Notes under the pieces: generated by a model
What the model was told of the DNA's origin: nothing
Databases searched by the model: none
The model's input: only the letters and a program-made list of their open reading frames with translations
Source of the DNA: an uncultured Verrucomicrobiae bacterium
GTDB taxonomy: Bacteria > Verrucomicrobiota > Verrucomicrobiia > Limisphaerales > Palsa-1400
Direction of reading: 5' to 3'
Length of the DNA stretch: 64,000 nucleotides
Assembly (NCBI GenBank): GCA_963764165.1
Contig: CAVXRD010000003.1
Coordinates: forward strand, 96,001-160,000
In this document: positions 58,722 through 64,000 of the stretch, one piece after another
Numbering within the stretch: the stretch's first letter is position 1
How the letters are laid out: every line of letters begins with the position of its first letter
Position numbers and translations under genes: made by a program

Positions 58722-60430
58722 GTGCTATTTCGGAAAACTCTTCATTTTTGGCAAAGTTTTAGGCGGCGAGTTTGGTCAATTTGTCCACGTCCGCTTTGCG
58801 GGCGGTCAAGAGCGCAGTAATGGTGGTGCGCCCTTTCTCGGTGACAACATAGCGGTGGGTGCCGCTGACTTTGGCGATCAAGCCATGCGCTCGCAGGAGC
58901 CGCAGTCGGCGTCCAATCCAGCCCATTCTGCGTTTGAGTTCGCGGTCATCGCACCGGCTGGGAAAATAGGCCTGCCGAATGTCTCGACTGCGAAAGCCGT
59001 TGAGGGCGTACTCTCCCTGGCTGACCATTTCCAAAAGGCGTCCGTCCTCCGGGGCCCAAGGATTGAGGGCGCGGTAGCGCCGCCCCGCCTGCCGCAGGGG
59101 CTTGCAGCATTTTTCAACCCATTGGAACAGCGGCACCGTTCCGCTGACGGATCCCAACGCCTGCAAATAACGTTCATTGGCCCGGTGAGAGATTTCTTTG
59201 CGCCGTTTCAGGTCGGCCAGCCCCCGGCGCAATGTCAGCCAGCGTTTGGCCTCCTTGGGCCGGCCTTCCGGTTTGCGATAAACTTTAAATTCCTCCGGGT
59301 GCGTCACCGTCGTTTCGATCCGCAAAACCGAGCCCTGCTTGTCGTAAAATTTGATCGAGTTGCCGTTAAGACTGTGCTTGACCCGCACGCCCTCCGGCCG
59401 CCGTTTGGTGTCGCTGGTGATTTCGCCCTCAAACTGGCCGTACCACCCTGCCCGTGCTGATGGGAACGTATCGGCCCAAAAACCTCATCACGTCCGCGCT
59501 GGAAAAGGAACTGATGGCATGGTGAACCAGGCTGGGATAAAGCCGGGCCAGGCTCTCGGGCTCCTTGAAAATGACATCGGTGGCATATTCGGTGTCCGAA
59601 GCGCTCCAATAGTATTTGAGGTTCAGCGGCTGGCAAATCGACCGGTGCAGGGGATGAACCTCATTGAGCAGCCGGCCCAGCTCCTTGGGCCAGTCAGTTT
59701 GCAGTTGCTGGTCCAGCAGGCCTTGAGCGCGCCCCATATCGGCCACCCGCAAAAAGGTGTTCTCCTTCTTTTGATAGGCAATGCCTGCCTGATCCAACTG
59801 CTTTCCCAGCCAATGCCGGCCATTGAGGCAGATATTAATCTGGAAGGGAAACCAGGTTTGCAGGCGCAGGTGCATGAAGCCAAACTTGGAATGCTCGAAA
59901 TAGAAATAAAGATGGCTGCACTTGCGCTGCTGAACCTTCACCTCAATGTGTTTGGTTTGGGGGTTTCCGACGACTTGAAAGGACATGCAGGGTTCCGTGC
60001 AATTGAGAATGGCGATCAGTCCCTCGGTGATTTTATCGCGGGCGGCAATCTTGCGCGCCACCTCCTCCTTGCTGGTTTGGCTGGAGGGGACGAAAAGAAA
60101 AGGCCGCCCGGCTGTTTGTGCCAGGGCCCTGGCTTTGTCTTTGACCGCTTTGGTGGTCCGTTCGACCAACTGGCTGAAATCCTTGATCAGAATGTGGCAG
60201 GCGTTCAAGTAGGCCTCCATCACCTGGGGGCCGTACAACTGGCGCAGCGTCCCGCGCAATCGCAGGCGATCAAAGCCCGAAAGAACTCCTAGAATTGAGG
60301 AAGCATGTTTGTGTACAAAAGAGTTGGAAGCGCCGTCATGGGTAAGCGGTTTGTTTTGCATACATCCAATCTTACCCAGACCGGACGGCGCTTTCCTCTT
60401 ATTTTTGGTTGCGGCTTTGCCGCGCTGTGC
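58722..60430 (-). mobile_element. candidate IS-like element with a single Rep-like/wHTH gene
   Basis: GCAC 4-mer at both ends (minus strand), GCGGC-AAA-GCCGC hairpin at the 5' end, no TIR, one gene fills the element. Confidence 0.6.
58759..60361 (-). CDS. about 533-aa putative transposase/Rep-like protein (1-nt frameshift near 59443)
   Basis: ORFs 59429-60361 and 58759-59388 join after removing one base; GFDRLRLRG, HLYFYF, NSIKFYDKQGSVLRIETT, LRAHGLIAKV..THRY wHTH. Confidence 0.75.
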
Positions 60431-60584
60431 CCTTGGGCCTTTGCGACCTCGCATTGGAGTGTTCCTTCCACCAGGGCTGATTTCAACGACAGGGCGCAAA
60501 GAAGCAAAGGCGCAACCAAGAGAAGCTGCAAACGACGGTTTGTGCCGGCTTGCTCACGCGGGCAAATCGGAATAGCCTGTGGGC

Positions 60585-60908
60585 GTGAAAACATTGACCG
60601 TTGGCGAGGCCCAGGGACGATTGGCCGAACTGATCGAACGCATTCCTCTTGCGGAGGACGCCTGCGGCGTGATTCATGTGGCTGGCACGCGGGTCGCTTT
60701 AGACACCCTGGCCGAGGCATTTTACGAGGGAGCGACGGCGGATGGAACGGACGTGTATTCCGTGTTTGGCTGCATTCTCCGCCGCCAAACGGAAGTGGCA
60801 GCTTGTCTGGACGCTAGAGCGGCGCACTGCAAAACCATCCGCTCTGAGAATGAGAGTCGATTCAACCCGCAGGGCGTGCGTGCCCGGCTGCTCTCCCGCC
60901 AGGCGTAA
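60585..60908 (+). pseudogene. chimeric/degenerate antitoxin (Phd-like N-terminus + internally shortened DUF433)
   Basis: MKTLTVGEAQGRLAELIE then VAGTRVALDTL..F.EGATA; expected helix appears missing before DVYSV. Confidence 0.55.
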
Positions 60909-60926
60909 ACCAACGCAGGGCTGCGC

Positions 60927-61221
60927 ATGATCGCACTTGCATTCGACGAGAACCATAACCACGACATTCTGCGCGGGATGCTGCGGCGTAACGCCGGTCT
61001 GGATGGGGTTCGCCTTCAGGATGCCGGACTTTCCGGCAAAAGATGATCCAACTGTTCTGGAATTGGCAGCGCAACAAAGCCGCATCCTGATTTCTCACGA
61101 TGTTTCCACCATCATCGCCTTCGCTCATGCGCGATCTTTGGAATCCGCGAGAACACCACAATACACGCACAGTGATTCGCCACCCGGCGTCGCGGGAAGG
61201 CTTGATCGAGTGTTCATTTAA
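60927..61221 (+). pseudogene. DUF5615 PIN-like toxin, frameshifted with degenerate C-terminus
   Basis: LAFDEN...LQDAGLSGK / DDPTVLELAAQQSRILISHD. Confidence 0.65.
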
Positions 61222-61307
61222 TTCTTCGTCGCCGACTCGGTTTTCCCACCCGGCGTGGGCCTGCTTCCGATGGCCATGGGCATCTGTTGTTTGCTGGTCC
61301 TCAATTT

Positions 61308-61775
61308 TCAACGATCCTTGATCCGTTTGAGCCAAGTGCGGTCCTCAGCAGAAAGTTCCGGGAACAGCCTTAAACCGCAGGCGTGAGCGATGGCCCTGCA
61401 GCCGCTTGCGGAATCAAAGCTGAGAAACCATTGGCAACCGAAACGGCGAGCAGCGGCAATATGCAACATGTCCAGCGTGCCTACGTTCGACCGTGACGCA
61501 TATCGTCGAAACAAATCTGCGGCCATCACCACCATCTCTTCAAATGTATAACCGCAATCCACGTACAGCCGCGCTTTCAGATCGGATTCCAGCGCCATCA
61601 GGCGATCCCCAGCGCGCCAAAAATTGCACCGGCACTCCGCTATCACAACCGTGCTGACAACAAGAGTGGATGGCCCTTTTTCAGCCCAGGCGGCGACGGC
61701 GTTACGGTCACGAGTCTGGTAATAAAGAGAGAAGAGCCAGTTTGTGTCCGCAAAGGCTATTCTGGTTTGAGGCAT
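61308..61775 (-). CDS. PIN-domain toxin
   Basis: FADTNWLFS, E, TLDMLHIAAA, FLSFD. Confidence 0.85.
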   Translation of the reverse strand: MPQTRIAFADTNWLFSLYYQTRDRNAVAAWAEKGPSTLVVSTVVIAECRCNFWRAGDRLMALESDLKARLYVDCGYTFEEMVVMAADLFRRYASRSNVGTLDMLHIAAARRFGCQWFLSFDSASGCRAIAHACGLRLFPELSAEDRTWLKRIKDR

Positions 61776-61957
61776 AGCTCGTAGGCCTTGGGATCAGCTT
61801 CCGGCGCCGGCCGTTTCAACACTTCTCGCCAATCCGGTGGCTGCCTTTGCGACAACTCGCGCTCCACTAACTCGTTGAGCTTCTCACTCACGTTTCCAAA
61901 GGCTTCCTGCAATTGCTTCTTTGTCCGCTTGGGACGGAATGTAATAGTTTCGCGCAC
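61757..61957 (-). CDS. putative antitoxin (ribbon-helix-helix-like), GTG start
   Basis: TITFRP...GNVSEKLNELVEREL; overlaps the PIN start. Confidence 0.65.
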   Translation of the reverse strand: MRETITFRPKRTKKQLQEAFGNVSEKLNELVERELSQRQPPDWREVLKRPAPEADPKAYELCLKPE

Positions 61958-61963
61958 ACCAAA

Positions 61964-61991
61964 ATGGTAAGACAATCCTTCCCAATGTCAA
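61964..61991 (-). promoter_or_regulatory. sigma70-type promoter of the TA operon, probably leaderless
   Basis: TTGACA-N16-TACCAT, 6 nt before GTG 61957. Confidence 0.55.
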
Positions 61992-62009
61992 CGGCAAGCA
62001 GCACACCGC

Positions 62010-63170
62010 CTATTGCGCGAGAATGGCATCCATGTTTCGGTAGATGTCGCGGCAGAGGGAGACGTGGGAGCCGGCGGCGGCGCCGGGCGGGTTCAAATTG
62101 TGTTTTTTGTAAAGGCGCGCGAATTCTCGCCGGGCTTGGCGGTAGTATTCGCGGCCGGGCGGTTTTGAATCGGCAGTCACCGAACCCGGCGTGGGCATCC
62201 ACACGGAAAAGGCGGGAACGATGCCACGGTTCGCCAGCCATTCGGCTCCGGCAATCATGTCGTCGAGCGGTTCCAAACCGGCGACGAGGCCGCTGAAAGC
62301 CTTGTTCGGGCCGAATTTTTCCGCGATGTGCTCAAGGGCGCGCAATTGACCGGCGCGGGTGATGTGCCGCGCATGGCCGGGCGCGATGCGCGCGTGCAAT
62401 TCGGGGTTCCACACATGCAAATCATGCGCCACGCGGTCGGCGCCCGCTTCAAAAAGTTGGTCGACGTCGGAAGGATTTTTTGGCGCGGTGATGTAACAAT
62501 AAATTTCGGATTTGATTTTCTCCAGGCCGACCAATCGATCAATCGTCCGCAGCAATTCCGCATAGCGCTGGCATTCTGTCTGGCTGCCGAAAAGTGTTCC
62601 AGCAGTCAGTTGGACTTCTTGAACGCCCGCATTTTCGATGGCCCAACCGATGATCTCCGCAACCTCCGCATTGGAAGGGCTCGGAAGATTGTAACCCGCC
62701 ATTTCAGCTTTCACCTGGAAACAGAACGAGCATGTCTCACGCGTTTTCACGTAATCGCACGACCACAGATAAAAGAACGCGAGCGTCGAGCGGCCTTCCA
62801 GGACGGCAACGGAACCGAACGAATGGCCGCCAGATGTCTTCTGTTGATAATAGGCGCTCGACGCCGGGAAGGTAACCTCTGCCACCGGCATCGCGTCCTC
62901 GAACAAAACGGGCTTCCCGTCTTGCAGACCAAGCGCGAACGGCGAATTCTCTTCGGCGTGCAAATGGACGGCCACTTCTCCGGGAAGAATCATGCAGTTG
63001 CAGGCGTAGGGATTGCTCGGCGGCTCCAATCGCGCCCAATCGGCCACCGCCTCGTAAACCTCCTGCGGATATCGAACACCTGCGCCGATCAACGCGCATT
63101 TAAGATCGAGCGAGTTCAGCGCGTCCGTCGCGGCGGGTGAATTATTCGTGCATGTCGTTGAGGCGATCAT
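62010..63170 (-). CDS. radical SAM protein with CX8CX2C motif
   Basis: CDYVKTRETCSFC, LTAGT, IAPG, LVAGLEP; start uncertain. Confidence 0.8.
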   Translation of the reverse strand: MIASTTCTNNSPAATDALNSLDLKCALIGAGVRYPQEVYEAVADWARLEPPSNPYACNCMILPGEVAVHLHAEENSPFALGLQDGKPVLFEDAMPVAEVTFPASSAYYQQKTSGGHSFGSVAVLEGRSTLAFFYLWSCDYVKTRETCSFCFQVKAEMAGYNLPSPSNAEVAEIIGWAIENAGVQEVQLTAGTLFGSQTECQRYAELLRTIDRLVGLEKIKSEIYCYITAPKNPSDVDQLFEAGADRVAHDLHVWNPELHARIAPGHARHITRAGQLRALEHIAEKFGPNKAFSGLVAGLEPLDDMIAGAEWLANRGIVPAFSVWMPTPGSVTADSKPPGREYYRQARREFARLYKKHNLNPPGAAAGSHVSLCRDIYRNMDAILAQ

Positions 63171-63765
63171 TGTCAAAGCCAGAGAACGTATACCCGATTC
63201 CCGCGCCAAAGCCAAAGCCATACAGCAAACCCCATGCTAATTTCGCCAGGAGTCCGGCCTGTTCCTTGGTTAATCCGCCGGCCGTTGCGCCGTGGCTGCT
63301 TATCAACGCCATTGCCTTGCCGCCCAGAAAGTATCCCGCCGAGTGCGCGATAAACACCACTGCGCACGTTCGCAGAAAATTGCCACCACCCAGACGCCAG
63401 CGCGCCAGCGCCACAAAAGCAACGCTGCCCAGGAGCGAGGCGAGCCATTCACCCAAGCCAAAATGAAGAAGGAACCAGCTCCCGCTCCAAACAATCCCGT
63501 AAGCCAAAAACGCCGGGATAAAAACCGCGTAAAATCGCGCCAATCGATTCGCGCCGCGAAGGAGGGGATGCAGGAGCAGTCCGGACGACCCAAGAAACAC
63601 AATCGCGCAGGCTGCGAATAATCCACCTTCGCCCAGACGCGCGTACAGCCATTTTCCACCGATCGCCCACACCGCGAAGCCCAGGACGCTAACCAGCGCA
63701 AAACCGAACGCGCCGAGACCCATGGCGGCGGCTGTTCCTGGCTTTGTTTCGTTGGAAGATTTCAT
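63142..63765 (-). CDS. hypothetical integral membrane protein
   Basis: multiple hydrophobic Gly-rich TMs; ATGA overlap with the MFS gene. Confidence 0.7.
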   Translation of the reverse strand: MKSSNETKPGTAAAMGLGAFGFALVSVLGFAVWAIGGKWLYARLGEGGLFAACAIVFLGSSGLLLHPLLRGANRLARFYAVFIPAFLAYGIVWSGSWFLLHFGLGEWLASLLGSVAFVALARWRLGGGNFLRTCAVVFIAHSAGYFLGGKAMALISSHGATAGGLTKEQAGLLAKLAWGLLYGFGFGAGIGYTFSGFDNDRLNDMHE

Positions 63766-64000
63766 AATGCTTGAGGATGATTTTCGCTTTGCGCGGGAAG
63801 GGACACCCGCCACGCCATGAACGCCAACACCAAAACAACCGCCGCCAGAATCATTAGTACCGGCGTATAGGAACCTGTCATCTCAGCGCATTTGGCAAAC
63901 AGAAGCGGGCCGAGCGCCGAGGACACGACCGTCAACAATTGCGCCGCTCCTTGTATCCGGCCCAAATGAACAGGTCCAAACGCCTGCCCCCAGATGGAAA
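63762..64000 (-). CDS. MFS transporter C-terminus (truncated by the window edge)
   Basis: FG..HLGRIQG, SSALGPLLF...TGSY. Confidence 0.75.
   Translation of the reverse strand, partial: SIWGQAFGPVHLGRIQGAAQLLTVVSSALGPLLFAKCAEMTGSYTPVLMILAAVVLVLAFMAWRVSLPAQSENHPQAL

Noticed and set aside
59429..59460. Programmed ribosomal frameshift in the element gene
   Set aside because: No slippery heptamer at the site; it resembles the other single-base insertions in the window.

Overview
GC-rich bacterial chromosomal segment, most likely Verrucomicrobiota: it carries the PVC-signature small basic protein, and the gene content looks Pedosphaera-like (inference). Most of it is housekeeping or envelope genes: mlaDFE-like, tRNA-Arg(CCG), transketolase, rph, photolyase, rpsP-khpA-trmD-rplS, dsbD-like, purE, lolCE/lolD, rluB-like, folD, type II glutamine synthetase, an N-terminal-half carB and gabD-like. 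It also holds a DUF692/MNIO RiPP cluster with a CKGxNSCKGKGGC bufferin-type precursor, three PIN-type toxin-antitoxin loci (one decayed) and a dense set of intergenic repeats. Best candidates for something undescribed: (1) a ~1.7 kb element (58722-60430) with one ~533-aa protein that has a Rep-like 'YDK..LRIE' motif and a C-terminal winged helix, no TIRs, a terminal hairpin and a flanking GCAC 4-mer, apparently inserted into a short periodic repeat; (2) a twice-occurring ~320-360 bp cassette with a conserved 90-bp head, a small 'MxMxCHM' hydrophobic ORF and a 10-bp tandem-repeat tail; (3) REP doublets sitting in-frame in signal-peptide n-regions. Five single-base-insertion frameshifts probably reflect sequencing error. 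All calls were made by eye from motifs; no searches were run.
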